A DNA stretch of 63,711 bases, filler included, from Sluysia triapertura (Eukaryota), in assembly GCA_046118255.1 (NCBI GenBank). It is 5 parts of 5 records of this genome, joined end to end, with 100 filler letters (N's around TTAATTAATTAA, not from the genome) between each part and the next. Parts side by side here need not be neighbours in the genome. Positions count along the whole stretch, not along the records: positions 13,352 to 26,636 come from JBJNIA010048452.1; 4 more parts are not named here. One strand, 5' to 3'. Below are positions 13,530 to 26,736 of this stretch, piece by piece. The first letter of the stretch is position 1. Each line of letters begins with the position of its first letter. A program made the translations under genes and the position numbers. The notes beneath the pieces are model-generated. The model was given only the letters and a program-made list of their open reading frames with translations, did not search any database and was not told the origin of the DNA.

Positions 13530-13780
13530 TTTAATTAAATTAATTAACAAATGTATTTTAATATTTTAACAAATAAAACCCTGCAAAGGGTTATATTTAC
13601 GTATTTCTCATTATTTTATTTTGATTTAAGTATTTTATATACTTATCTTACCATTGCAGTTCATCACAATGCCTCATCTTAATTCGTTAACAATGTTGTA
13701 CTTATCGTTGGTTTTGACCCTTACATCTACTTCTAACCTTCACCAATCCCAACACTACTTTAACAGATTTTCTTTAATTA
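13530..13780 (-). repeat. Monomer of the tandem repeat at 36965-37492 (inverted)
   Basis: Shares AACCCTGCAAAGGGTTAT...TTTCTCATTATTTTATTT...GTTTTGACCCTTA...CCTTCACCAATC with the reverse complement of 36965-37170. Confidence 0.85.
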
Positions 13781-15383
13781 TGTTCAAAGACCCTTAATAA
13801 TAACTCAATCGAGACAAAAAGTTCCAAGTTATATTATCACAATTCTAAAAAAACTAAATACGATACTATAGAAAATTCAAATTCAAAGTCAATACAAAAT
13901 TCAAATATAATAAATAAAATGATAATTTATTATGGCTAGAATTCCTTCTAGTAATTTTTAAAAGTTTAACAATGAGATTATATTTAGTCTAAGATAAATG
14001 TTCAGTTGTGTAAGTTAAGTAAAATATTGTATTTCCTAATGGAAATAAACTTATAATAAAACTTATAAATACCTTTAATCAGCCGATAGCGAAAAAATCA
14101 GATTAAATCGATTGTCACTCGATCAGCAATAAACCAAAGTTAGGAATGATAGCTGGAATAAACATCAAAAAACTAATAAACTGAATCGCCAATAAACTAA
14201 TAAGCTGAATCGTTTGATTACTAAATACGCATCAAAATGAATCGTTTGAATACCGAACACTAATTTGTCGTCTACGTTTTTCTAATGAAAAAATTTAGAA
14301 AATGATTCTATTATATACTATCCTTAAGTTGTACTTTTAGTAACATTAATAATCATTTATTTTAGATAATTACTAATCAGCCAGTTTAAATGGGGCTATT
14401 TATTATTATACTTATACTTTATTTATTTTCATTTAGATAAGGTCATCTAAGGTAAGTTTAGTTTGTTATTGTTATTATTATTTCTTATCATTATTATTTT
14501 ATTTTCAGTTACAGATGATTACATACTGCAAGTATTTCTATTAAAAACTTAATATTACTTACAAAATATGTAATGAGTCGGTTCGCCTAATATATAGACG
14601 TTTTATACCACTATTGGAGACGTACTATTAGGATTTTTAAATCTTAACTCAATAACTTTAGAAAAACTTTTATATATGACTTATGGTTTATATGACAATG
14701 TAACTCTTCAATTAATTTATAATACAACCCTTTACGGGGTGTTGTTTAATTAAAATTAATTACGCAACCCGCATTAAGGTGTTGCTTCAAAATAAAAATG
14801 AGTTTAAGTATATTTTACTATTCCTTATTAAGGTGAATAGGCAAATTCTAACAATAAAAAATTACTTGGAAAGCATGGAGTAAAATGATTGTCTTCTGAA
14901 ACTTTGCTGGAAAAATGTTTTTTAAATTTGGTCTAAAAATTTGTGTAATTTATGCTAAAAAACTTACCTATTTATATAAAATTTATTTACTCCATATTGA
15001 AAGATGACTTCTATTTATTAAAGTGATTCACTTAAAGAAAATAAAGAAATAATTTAAATTTTGTCTTATTTAAACAAAATTTTATTTTTGAAATTTTCTG
15101 AGACATTCTTTTAACCTTGTAAAATGTTTGTAACCTTTGAAATGTTCAAGAATTAAAATCATGGTACATAATATCAAAGATAAATTTAATACATTAATAA
15201 TTGAAATAAAAAACAGAAAAATGAATCAGAATGGTTAAGGTGAGAGCACCTAAAGCCTCTGAGTACCTTAACAACTTTATAACCATAATAAAACCTTTAA
15301 ACTCAGAATGAAATAAGTTAAAATAATTAATTAATTAAAATCTTAAGAAAACTTACTATAGTGGTAGGGAAATTTTATTATTT

Positions 15384-15698
15384 TGTTGGATTAAAAACGC
15401 CTGAAGTGCCATTTGGTAAATTGACTATAATAATCTAAACTTGTTAGATAGGGCTGATAGCTCAGTGGTAGAAAATTGAACTGCGCAGCGATAAGTCCCG
15501 GGTTTGATCCCCGGTCAGTCCATTTTACGAAGTCTAACATTTGGTGAGCCCATATATCGAATACCCTTCTGATGTTGAAATTAATGATTTATAAGATGTT
15601 TGAGGTCAAACATAATTGAATTGGGAGAAATATGTTGGGTAAAAATGATTATAATAATCTAAGCTGATCCCCGGCCAGTCCTTTAATGAAGTCTAACA
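15384..15698 (+). mobile_element. tRNA-LTR TRIM, two-LTR copy B
   Basis: LTR1 15384-15539, PBS-like TGGTGAGCCCA 15542-15552, 93-bp internal region, PPT GGGAGAAA 15623-15630, deleted LTR2 15633-15698, ATTT on both flanks. Confidence 0.85.
15451..15522 (+). tRNA. tRNA-Ala-like pseudogene inside the TRIM LTR
   Basis: GGGCTGA/TCAGTCC acceptor stem with G3:U70, A box TAGCTCAGTGG, mutated B box GGTTTGATCCC, TTTT after the 3' end. Confidence 0.65.
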
Positions 15699-16211
15699 AT
15701 TTTATTATTCTAATTTATTATTTTAACATTGTTTTAACATTCCTATTATTATTATCATTATTATTTCATCTGTTTTTAAGGGATTTTAAAATCATTTGGT
15801 GGGAGACTCCCTTTGCAATATTTTTTATTTTAAAATTAGTTTTGTGAGAGACACCCCACACAATTTACTTTTCAAATATTAATTTTCTTAGTATATTACT
15901 GTAAAATTCTAGGAAGAATCTCTGCCCAAATTTTTGTTATAATATTTAATTGTAATTATGTTTGGTTAAGCTGTCTAGAAATATTTGGGCAGTATCATTA
16001 TTCTTCACTTTCCAGATATTGATATTTTTAGTGTCTGTTGCATCACTCCTGGCTTCTTTAGTTATATTGTAGTGTCTTTAATATTATTATAAACATTAGC
16101 CAGTTTGAATATTGTTTAGTAAAGATTTATAACATTAATAATTTACATTTTGATTTTTGTTTCATAGTAAATTACTGTTATTATTTGTAATAATTATAAT
16201 AGTAATAATAA

Positions 16212-16338
16212 TGTTAGACTTCATAAAATGGACTGATCGGGGATCGAACCCAGGACCTCTCGCTATCAGCCCCGTCTAACAATTTTAGATTATTATAGTC
16301 CATTATACCAAATGACACTTTAGGCCTGTATCCCAACA
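16212..16338 (-). mobile_element. Solo LTR of the tRNA-LTR TRIM (internal deletion)
   Basis: Reverse strand reads TGTTGGGATACAGGCCTAAAG...TGTTAGACGGGGCTGATAGCGAGAGGTCCTGGGTTCGATCCCC...GTCTAACA. ATAA on both flanks. Confidence 0.85.
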
Positions 16339-18772
16339 ATAATAATAGTATTAATAATAATTAATAACAGTAATAAAAATAATAATAATAATAACAATAA
16401 TAATAATAATATCCACTTCAATCTATTGTGTTTAATAGTGAAACTGATAATAAAACGATTTAATTTTTCTGATTTTTTCCGTTGTTTTATCTGATTAATA
16501 TTAAAGGAAATAATTGCCGCTCATTTAAAATGCACATCAATAAATAAATAAAACAGTTTTGCCGAATACGAAATAAAAACTGAAGTACACCTATAAGTCA
16601 CTAAATCTATTAAAACGTTCTTGTACAGTATTGGTAATAATGCACGACTAAGACAAACATTTTATTTCATGCTTTTTTGAAACTTATTTATAATTTTGTT
16701 ATCGATTTTCATTTATTAAATGATTACCTTTGCAAATTATTTACGTATTTTGATTTGTGGCAATTTTAAATGTGTAAGTGACTAGTGAGATTGAGTTAGC
16801 TTAATATTAGAATAATGTAGGATAATGCCGGATTCGAATCGTAATGAGTTGTGTAAAGGCATTACTCTACTAATTTCAATGACTACTTTTTTTTACCAAT
16901 AGAAGTTCAAATTCAAAATGCTACGTTAATGCTGTACATCCAAGAATCAAAGAAAGTGTAGATTACTGTGTACCATATTAAACTAACTATGAACATCTTC
17001 AACTTGTTTCAAACATTCTAAATTTATTGCAATGTCTACGTTTCGAAATAATGCTGATAAATATTTAGTGTCACATCAATTTAATGAAGTATTTAGTGTT
17101 AGAAGCAATTTTAGCTATCATTCAGAAACGGAATCTGAAGTAACTGCTGAAATATCATTAAAAAAGTAAAAAAATGATAACCATATGATTTTAAAATATG
17201 TCCGATATTTTATTATTGATAACTGACATTCAAATGATCCATCCTTAGATTGTTTAGACCACGTGCTACCGATAGATTATTATTTTTCAATTTGATTCTG
17301 AATCGTTACAAAGTATCTAAAACAACATTACTGATTATTTGCAACCAACTATCCAACTATTTTCTCTGTTTGAATTTAATTGACGATTCTTATTGAGAAA
17401 TAAAATAATCATTTATTACCATCGAAAATGATTAATTTTTGCTGCTGTGGCTGTACCTACCTAACAAATTTTATTTTAAAATGTAAAGAGTTCGCCTATC
17501 GTACAAGACTTACTCAATTAAGGGCTTGTGTAGGATTTTTACTTTATTTAATTTATTTACCAACTGGAATTTGTGATTTAATTCTTAAATATATTTTAAG
17601 TCCGTATTTAAAATAGGATTCAACATGATATTTTTAGATGCTTCTTTAAATTCGCCTTTTTATTATTAACATTTTTATTATGTATATTACGACTATTTAA
17701 ATCATTTAAATTAAAATGATTTATTACACTATTATCAAAATAAATAATAGTAATTTTACAATATTAAGGTTGTTTAGACCTTAATTGATACTTTTTATAA
17801 TTTAAAAAGGTTTACCTTGGGGACCTATTTAAAATGGTACTTGAAAAATATAAGATTTTACAGTAGATTTTAATACCGCTTAGGGTTACATATACTTATT
17901 GAGTAAATCTAACGTTATTTTAAGAAGCAAGCATAGGTTCCACGGCCAAAAGAAAATTAAACGTTGTTCTTGAACCAAATAGCTTTCCAAAGATTCCTTG
18001 AAACGTTTTGGCTTTTAAAATTAATTTATACAAAAATTGTTCTAACTTGTATGTTAATTTTTTACTAAATAATTTACTTATTTACTAAATGATTTCATTG
18101 AATGATTATTTATTTCAAATTCAAATAAATTTCCGTTTTCTGTTTTGTGTATATAATAAATTCATGTTTTTAAAAATAACTCCGTTTTGTAAAAATTTTT
18201 TTGAATCTAAACTACATTAATTTCGATAATATCAATAATTTATTAATTTTTTAGTTTATTAATTTCTTTTCATTCACATTAGATTTATTCATTTATCATT
18301 TGTTTTAATTATGTAATTAATTATTTAATTATTATTTAATTATAGACAATAACAGTGTAAAATAAGGTTAGATGAAATAATCTTGCTTCAGAAATAATCG
18401 TAAGATTGACAGAATCATTAAGAAATGATAGAAAAACAAAGATAAAATGGATCAAAAGAATTAGCGGAAGCCATTCAGAGTTAATATCTTGGAACTTGAA
18501 ACAATCGAATTGACATCTTGGACTCAAATAGTGCAGTCGTTCTAAAAGAAACGGTAGAGAAGAAAGTATCATATGGCAGAGTTAGTTTCACAGTTTTAGA
18601 GTATCATGAAGATTATATTTAAAAGGTAGAAACGTCAAATATCATAATAAAGTCACTAATTAGGTTCGTTTGTTTCTTTGTATTTCTCATTGAGTGCAAA
18701 GGGTTACATGACACTATTTTCGAATCATCTATTCATCTATTCTACTTATAGGTCACACACTAATATCTTCAT

Positions 18773-19700
18773 TGTGGTGGGCAACCTATTTCCCCAATAG
18801 ACATTCTACAAATTACACCCAAAATCAACAAAAGCGTCATTAAATTAAATCAACACGTTCTACATAAAACCATGCTCTTAAACATTTTAATATTCTCATT
18901 TATCTCTTTTACATCCATTAAAAACATCTTCACCTGTTAAAATCAACTAAACACATAATCTCATAACATCCAAATCACTATTACATTCAAAACTATTAAA
19001 CCACATTAAAATTCATCTTAACAGTTCAATCACAATCACATTCGAAATTAATCAACAAATCAAACATCATAAATTCACTACCTGGTACCAGTAAATCCTA
19101 ATATTCAAACATCACCTTCATTCAAAAACATTAATCAGCATTTACACTTTAATACATCTTCAGCTTGAAACATTATTTAATTCAGAACAGTACGGTATAT
19201 TCTAACATCTACATAAAGCATTCATATTGTTTCAAAATATTAAGTCTTAAGCTTCTAATTTCCATTACTCTTAATTAAATATGTCAGAAAGAAAGTACGA
19301 TCGTGTCGGTTATTGCGAAACAAGGAGTTCATGTGTTTTTTGGATAATAATAATAACATTTGTTATTATTTTCAATTATAATCAAATACATAAAATTACA
19401 TTGATTCACAATGACAGTCAATGTCACCACTGATAGTGGTTCACATATCAATCATCTGACTTTTGTTCTTAATTATTGATCGTCTAACCAGATTTATTTT
19501 GTCACTACTTTTATACGTCTCCCTGGTTGGACGACCAATCAGATTGATATTCATTATGAAAATTTTTATTAAAAGCTATGCATAGCCAATCAGTAGTTGT
19601 AATATTTTTGCACACATAATTATTATCTTTTGGCAACGGTATTATACATTACAATTAAAAATTTCGTTCTGTAAATTTTTAAAGTGTTTGGTAAGTCAAT
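18773..19700 (+). repeat. Terminal C/A-skewed block and CCAAT-containing promoter-like block of the modular repeat
   Basis: Begins TGTGGTGG. Two CCAATCAG boxes (about 19534 and 19586). Weak inverted similarity to 30420-31634. Confidence 0.5.
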
Positions 19701-19748
19701 TTTAATTTCAACAACAATTCGTTAGCAATATTACCTATATACTAAATA

Positions 19749-21040
19749 ATGAGGCGAGAAAAATATTCAGATGATTACAGAGATCGTAGAGATACTTATC
19801 ATGATTTAAATCCACTGAAACAACTTGCCAGAACTGTTATTGAGCTTCAAAAGTTATTTGGTTATGTTCTTTTTGATGTGTAGTCATGAAAATGATGGAA
19901 TATACAGAAAACATTATTCTATTTGTTTAAGCAAACTTCCTCATCGTTTATCAAATCACGATGTGCGCAATATTATTTATCGAGAGTGTGAACAAGTTGA
20001 TGATGATTTCAGTGTCAAATTTTCTACATACAATGGACAAAGAGTCGCATATATTAATTTTAGATCATCAAGAGATGCATCAGATGATCAGCATAAAGCT
20101 AATGATGATAAAAATAACGATTATACAATATGCAACAATGTAGTCAAGATTAATTTGATCTACAATAGTAAAAATATTAATGTTACAATTATGATTGTCC
20201 GCGATGATCAGCGTAAAGCTAATGATGATAAATATAACGATTATACTATTGTGAATTAAGTTTGACTCGATCGACACTTGTAAAGATAACAATGTTCCAG
20301 TTATGATTACTCGAGATGATCAGAATAAAGTCGATGAAGATGAATATGACGGTTACCAAATATGTAATAATAAAGTTATTAATGTTGAAGTCGAGCATTA
20401 TGATTCTTACAATTATAACCCTAATGATAATGAAGATAATGCTGAATGCGAATTTAATCAAATTAGGAGAAAGAAATATATTGATGTTAAAGCCAACAAC
20501 GAAGAAGAACTTTCTTTATTTGCCGTATAGACAAATTTTATAAACCTGAATGTTTTATAGTTAAATATTTTAATATTCATAAAAATAATATTTATACTAT
20601 TGATGATGGTAAACATAAGATTTATGAAAAGTATAATATTGACGATGAGCATTTTTGTAATGACTCTCGACATAGATATTACGAGCAGGATTACTGTAAG
20701 TCATATAGACGAAAATTTATTCGTACGACTGTTATGTGTCTAAGTTTTACTAATGATAATGATATCTGTTTAATGCGTGGTTTATACTGCTGATACATTC
20801 ATTCTATTCATGAACTTAAGTTCTGTGAACAAGATCAACTTACAACATGCACCTGCAACGAATTACAGAGTTGCTGAAGAACACTACAATCGTTTCAAAC
20901 ATTTCAGACGGCAATCTCAACGTAAGTAACGTCTTCTTATATTCATTATGTGAAACACCAACAAGAAGTGTCACGCATAGAAGTCAAATACCAAAATTAA
21001 ATCTTTTTAAAAATAAATTTTTATGTTATTATTTTCAGCT
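19749..21040 (+). pseudogene. Chimeric RNA-binding protein pseudogene: RBM15/Spenito-like RRM, three internal repeats, CCCH zinc finger
   Basis: YSICLSKLPHRLSNHDVRNIIYRECEQVDDDFSVKFSTYNGQRVAYINFRSSRDA. Repeats start at 20083, 20203 and 20315. C-x9-C-x6-C-x3-H followed by SIHELK at 20737-20820, with an in-frame TGA. Possible intron GTAAGT 20922 to TTTCAG 21038. Confidence 0.65.
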
Positions 21041-21592
21041 TTTTTTAAATAGAATAGGATAATTATTTGAAACAAAAAATGTTAAAGAAGAAATTTTAAT
21101 GAAAATTAATTTTAAATTTAGTAAAGTTGAAAATAATTTGATTTTAAATTTTAAAAATGATTATAACGTAAAAACTATATAATAATCCCTAGCAGCTCCA
21201 AAAAGTGTAATTGTACAAACAATAGTTTCACAAATTCAATTTATTGATATCAAATTGATCGTAGAGCGCGCAACACTCGACTTTTCCCGATCAATAATGT
21301 CGTACAATAAATAACCGGAAAACAAAATTTAGGTATCGTTAAACAATGAAAAATATTAAATGGAATTTTTATTCAAACTGTACATTTATATCATCATTTT
21401 TTGCATTGTTAATCATTCGTCATTGATTTATTGTGGATTGCAGTTTATCAATGGTGGCGCGCAACATAAACTGTCGCCTTGACAACTCACGTACTTTCTA
21501 CATACGATTAAGTATATTTTAAATTGCTTATTATATTTAATAATTTTTTGTTTTAATATTACTATTTGCGGTTAATTAAAAGTCGAATTGAA

Positions 21593-22358
21593 TAGGGTGT
21601 CCCAAAAGTAACCGAACCGCAAACTTAAATAAAACTTAGATACCATTTCCTTCTGCGAATAATAGTCTTTGAAATGATTTTTGATCTTGTTCTGCCCTCA
21701 TTGCTTGATTTTCGCTCCGCGTGTGCTTCTGGGCCCTCATTCTTAAAAATTAAGCGAAGGACTTTCGCTTTAACGAACGCATCTTCGTTATTAAGAATTA
21801 AGAATTCCTTGACTAGTTACAAGCACGTTGAAGAAAGATGGGAAGCAAACTTCAAATCAGCTGTACCGAGTAAGTCGACAATGTTCAATCTTGTATCCAA
21901 ATTTGAAGTAACTGGAAGTATGTCAAATGCTCCTAAAGGTCGTCCGAAAACAGTTCGTTCACCTGAAAACAGGGATATAGTGGCAGTTGCATTTGTTCAC
22001 TTATTCACTACACCAAAGATGATCGACAATAGCTTGATGAAACGTTGGACTATGAGATACCCGGATCTGACACAGCCTGCTTTTTTTCTAAAGGAAGTTC
22101 TAAAGAACGCAGTTTATGCTAAAAAGCCTAAGACAATTGATCAACTAAAACAAAGTATTCAGCACGAATGGAACCAAATTTCAGAGGATACTTGCCAGAA
22201 AGTATGTTGCAGTGTCGTCAAAAGATCTCATGCCTGTATTGAAGTTCAAGGTGGACATTTTGAATATTTGTAAATACTAAATATACCTATTAAATTTGTC
22301 GTTTTTGATATCTAATTTTTATTTAAGTTTGGGGTTCGGTTACTTTTGGGACAGCCTA
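21593..22358 (+). mobile_element. Internally deleted maT/DD37D-like element, copy 2
   Basis: TIRs of about 50 bp (TAGGGTGTCCCAAAAGTAACCGAACC... / ...GGTTCGGTTACTTTTGGGACAGCCTA). ORF 21674-22273 fuses the HTH region (KFEVTGS, GRPKTVRSPEN) to the C-terminus (PDLT, GGHFEYL); the catalytic core is missing. Confidence 0.93.
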
Positions 22359-22859
22359 TATATTAAAAATTAAAATCGATGTATCATTCAAATTGTAACG
22401 CAGATTCTAAATCTAATGCGGCACAAAATGCAAAAAAGTTATGTTGAAAAGACACTTGTAATAATAAATTTATAATTTATAGCAAATAATAATAATATTA
22501 AATAATAATGATAATAATAATGGTAATAAAACTGTTTAAATATTGTTGTGCATAACCACCAACTGCATTTTATACAATAGTTTAAACAACAACAACAACT
22601 TATGTGCTGTCCCTAACATCTACATTATAATAAAATAACAGCGACATTGAAGTTAATTATTTTAGCGCCAGATCTGACAGTTATTAATATTTTTGCAGTG
22701 TGCTGAAATTAGATTAGATCTCAATTGTCATAACAATTTGGAACAGCAAAATAATGAAACAGAACACAAATTTACACTAAACTAATTATAAAATTGATAC
22801 TATTTATTGATTTGGATACCTGTTAAATATTTTGCATAAAAACTTATTGAAAAATATAA

Positions 22860-23260
22860 GCATTATTGAAGAAGAATGATAAATTTGAAAACATCTAGAA
22901 TCGTTTTAATAGTCGTCTTAAATATTAAAGAACATCTTAGAGTTTCTAAAGACCTTTATAAAATCGTGGGATCCTGAAGAACCTTAAGAACTTTTAAAGA
23001 CTATTTAATGCTTTTAGAACTCTAATATGTGTGTAATATCATAAGAGATTCTTGTGGAGTGTGACATTTTTGAAGTGATTGTGAAATAGAATTAGTGTCA
23101 TTGATAACAAAGACAATTTAATACGTTAATGTAGCACAGATTAGTAGATTGGTAACGATAAAACCTTATCAAACACCTAATTTACAACCTTTTAACATAA
23201 ATAGAGTAAATTCTAAAAATAGATTAAATAATTAAAATCTTAATTAAGTTGTATAACGGG
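22860..23260. repeat. Partial modular-repeat member (9-bp periodic block and TTAATTAA-rich block)
   Basis: gaacatctta/gacctttat/gaaacctta/gaactttta arrays and ATTAAAATCTTAATTAA, as at 9050-9470. Confidence 0.5.
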
Positions 23261-26200
23261 TTTCTGCGTAAGTTTGCCACCATTTTATCTAATTTAGCGC
23301 ATTAAAATTCTGTACATTCTGATAAAACATCTAATGATGTGATTTGTTTAAGTATAGCGGAATGTGTTTTTGTATTAGCCGAGCACTGTTGAAAAGTAAT
23401 TGAATATCGTGATTCAGTAGATAGGATCAAGTATAGAAAATAAAGTATTAACATGATTATATTTGGCAAATAATTAGACAACGACACGACTAAAAATAAC
23501 TTTGAAAGATTAATTTTTTCAATCTCGCAAAAATTAGAAAGAAAACGTTTGTTTTTAAAATTAATTTTATAATGTTATTTATTCTTTTAACTGAAAGCAT
23601 TAATTTTCCCACCGAATCCAACATAAACATTGAAATAATAAACATTTCTATTAATACACCAGGATGATGTGTAAAAACTCACTTGGTAATGATTTTCTAG
23701 ATGAATGTCTATCAGGGAATCTAATGCTTGAATTGTATAAAATGTTAGAAATGATGGTATATAAATATTGATGAATTATGACAGTAGACGTATTTGTAAC
23801 CTTGACACTTGATGTTCCATCATTTATAATTTCACATATACAATTAACATGTGGTTAATACGGTTAAATTGTTGAGACTTTAAGAGATAAATATATGATA
23901 ATAATCAACTTATTCTGAATGTTTTCATTCGACTTTCCAATATTATTTATGCGTCAGTTGTTTATAGTATTTCGATTTCACTTAGATTACACCACAATAA
24001 TTTCCCCATATAAGAAAATTAGTCTCTAATTTTTCCAAATAACAAATTAAATTGTTCGAAGATATACTCGAGTAAGTCTCCGCATTTGAAGTATTCATCT
24101 TCGCCTACTATTCCATATTCTTCAACACTATCATCTAAATCTATATTCGAAGACCACAGGCTGACTTTTTGAAGAGTTACACGACGATCTGGAAAAGTCG
24201 ATTTCCACTTCGTCTGCTTGCGATCTGTTGACATATTTTGTAATTTTATAGTATTTAGATTACATCACACTTATTTCATTTGATACTCTCACGAAATCTT
24301 CATATTTCATAATCGGTTATCGCTCTGTAGTACTGTTGCCATTTTATACAAAATTCGATGTGCATTTAATTATAATTATAATAAATTAGTATAAAAATAG
24401 TAATAATTATCAAGCAATAATATTATAAAATAGTCCATATTTTAATAACCTTGTAAAATTTATAAATATGTGTTGGATTTTAGTCTTTACTCTGTTTGCA
24501 ATCTCCTCTATGTTAGTTTAATATGTATTGGTTTTTCAAGATTCACTCTTACGAAATATCAGACTTAGGGACATTCAGTTTCCTCTTCTGTTTTAATAGT
24601 CTGTATTTTATTAAATATTTTTAATTTCAGAGAATGAGTTCTATATTCATCTCTGTTGTCAGAGATGAAGTGCTAAATCAACTTGTATAAGTGTAACTTT
24701 TAACTTTTCAGATCCTATCCCCCAATTCCTTTGTGCTGTCTTTATAATAGATTAGCAAACAAACAAAATAATGAAAAATTTTATTCAACTCATAAACACA
24801 AACAAGTAATCAAAATATCAAAATTTAATTAATGCTTGGCTAGTTTAGGCTGAGAATAAATAAGCTAACTCAGGGATTTGGGATAATCAAGTTTGATCGT
24901 TGTTCGTTGTCTTGTCGAATTATAAAACAATCCAGATGATGGATGTCTTCTTTTATTATTATTTCCGCCAAGTGATGGTGGTCTTTCCGTGACAAAACAT
25001 TGTTGTGGACTGTCTTGTTAATATTAATATATAATAATTATATGTTAATTATTAATATATAATTATTTAATCTCAGCCAAGGTAATTTATACTACTGTAT
25101 TCACTATAATATGCTACACACTATTAAATATGGGTAAACATTGTAACATATCCGCTTATTTAATCTCATCCAAATTATTATAGAAAATATTATAAAATTA
25201 TTAAATATCAAAATCATTAATACAATTATTAATCGTTTTATGCTAAACATTGTTATAATTCATGATATATTAGAAAAATTTTTATTACCGAGTTTTTACA
25301 TACATTTACAGATTTATCGTACAGTTCCAAATTACCACACGCATTCGTTTCAATCGTACTATTTATTCATATTCATTCAATAAATTCTTATAATAATAAT
25401 TAATATTTTTTAATCTATTAAAATTTTAAATTTCATTCTCTTGCATACAATCCAATCAAATATTACTATTGTCATCTAATTATTTTATTTTACAAACATT
25501 TTTGTCAATTTATCAGTTTAACCTTTAGTATACGAATTTTTAAAAACTACAAAGTATGCTGGAAATATCGATTTTTTAAACCATTTTTATAAACAATCTT
25601 AATGTCTTTGGTAAACATGCGCAAACTAGGGGGCTCTTAAAATTTTAAAATTGTTAGATTTTACAAACAAAGTTTTGTTTTTTCTTTGAATATTTTTTGT
25701 TGATTTTTACCAATTCAAGTAATTCGATCATCTAATTCCATGATTTTTACGATCTTGATTTTGGGCGATTATGTAATGTTTTTATTTTTATAAGTATAAA
25801 ATTAGATTACACTTAATTTTATTAATTTTTACGAAAACAGAATAAATCATTTATTAATTAAAAATAACAATTTTCACTAAATTATGGTTAAAATCTTTGC
25901 TTATCAAAATTATTACTAAAGATTTACCAAACATTTATGAACAAATTAGAAAAACAAACAATAAAAAGATTATAAACAAAATTGTTGGACAGTTTATGTT
26001 TCGGATTACTACAAGCTTCTTGGAATAGGTCATTCTAAAAAGAAAATAAATATTATGATGATATCTTATTGGTGTTTGTTTTTGAACAGCACGACTTGTT
26101 TGAGTATTATTAAAGAGTGTTGAACTGAGTAAATAATGCTTGTAATTGTTTTTGTTAAATTTTAATTAATTATTCAAATAGAGTTACTATTGGATGGCCA

Positions 26201-26636
26201 ATGAAATAAGCAGTTGCCGTAATATAGACGCAGAAAATTAATGAGTAAAACAAATGAGGACTGTCAGCCTATGACAGTAGAGATAATATAATTAAAGTGC
26301 TGTCCAAAGTGACAGCTAAAACAGCTAGGCAACTAAGAATTCGATTAATGATAATTATAATTATAGTACTAATAATACTAATAACAAAATGAGCAAATAA
26401 TAATTTTAATGATAATAATAAAACAAAATTTAATAAAAATAAAAATAAGGATGAAGAAACGCATAAATTCTTTTAAATTCGTCTTATATTTTCATACATA
26501 AATCTTTACATTCCTTTATTTTAACATATCTTAGAAATAAAATTCTTTTAAAATTCTTTTAAGTTATAAAAATTCTCTTTTATAACGTAATTTAACTTCT
26601 TTCTTTTATAACTAAAATACTTAAAGTGTTAACATC

Positions 26637-26736
26637 NNNNNNNNNNNNNNNNNNNNNNNNNNNNNNNNNNNNNNNNNNNNTTAATTAATTAANNNNNNNN
26701 NNNNNNNNNNNNNNNNNNNNNNNNNNNNNNNNNNNN
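26637..26736. other. Artificial scaffold linker
   Basis: N44-TTAATTAATTAA-N44. Confidence 0.97.

Noticed and set aside
20083-20400. CRISPR-like repeat array
   Set aside because: Whole 112-120 bp units are homologous and coding; there are no unique spacers or cas genes, and the context is eukaryotic.
25517-26632. Possible TTAA element with CCTTTAGTAT-like ends
   Set aside because: The terminal match is short, imperfect and AT-rich.
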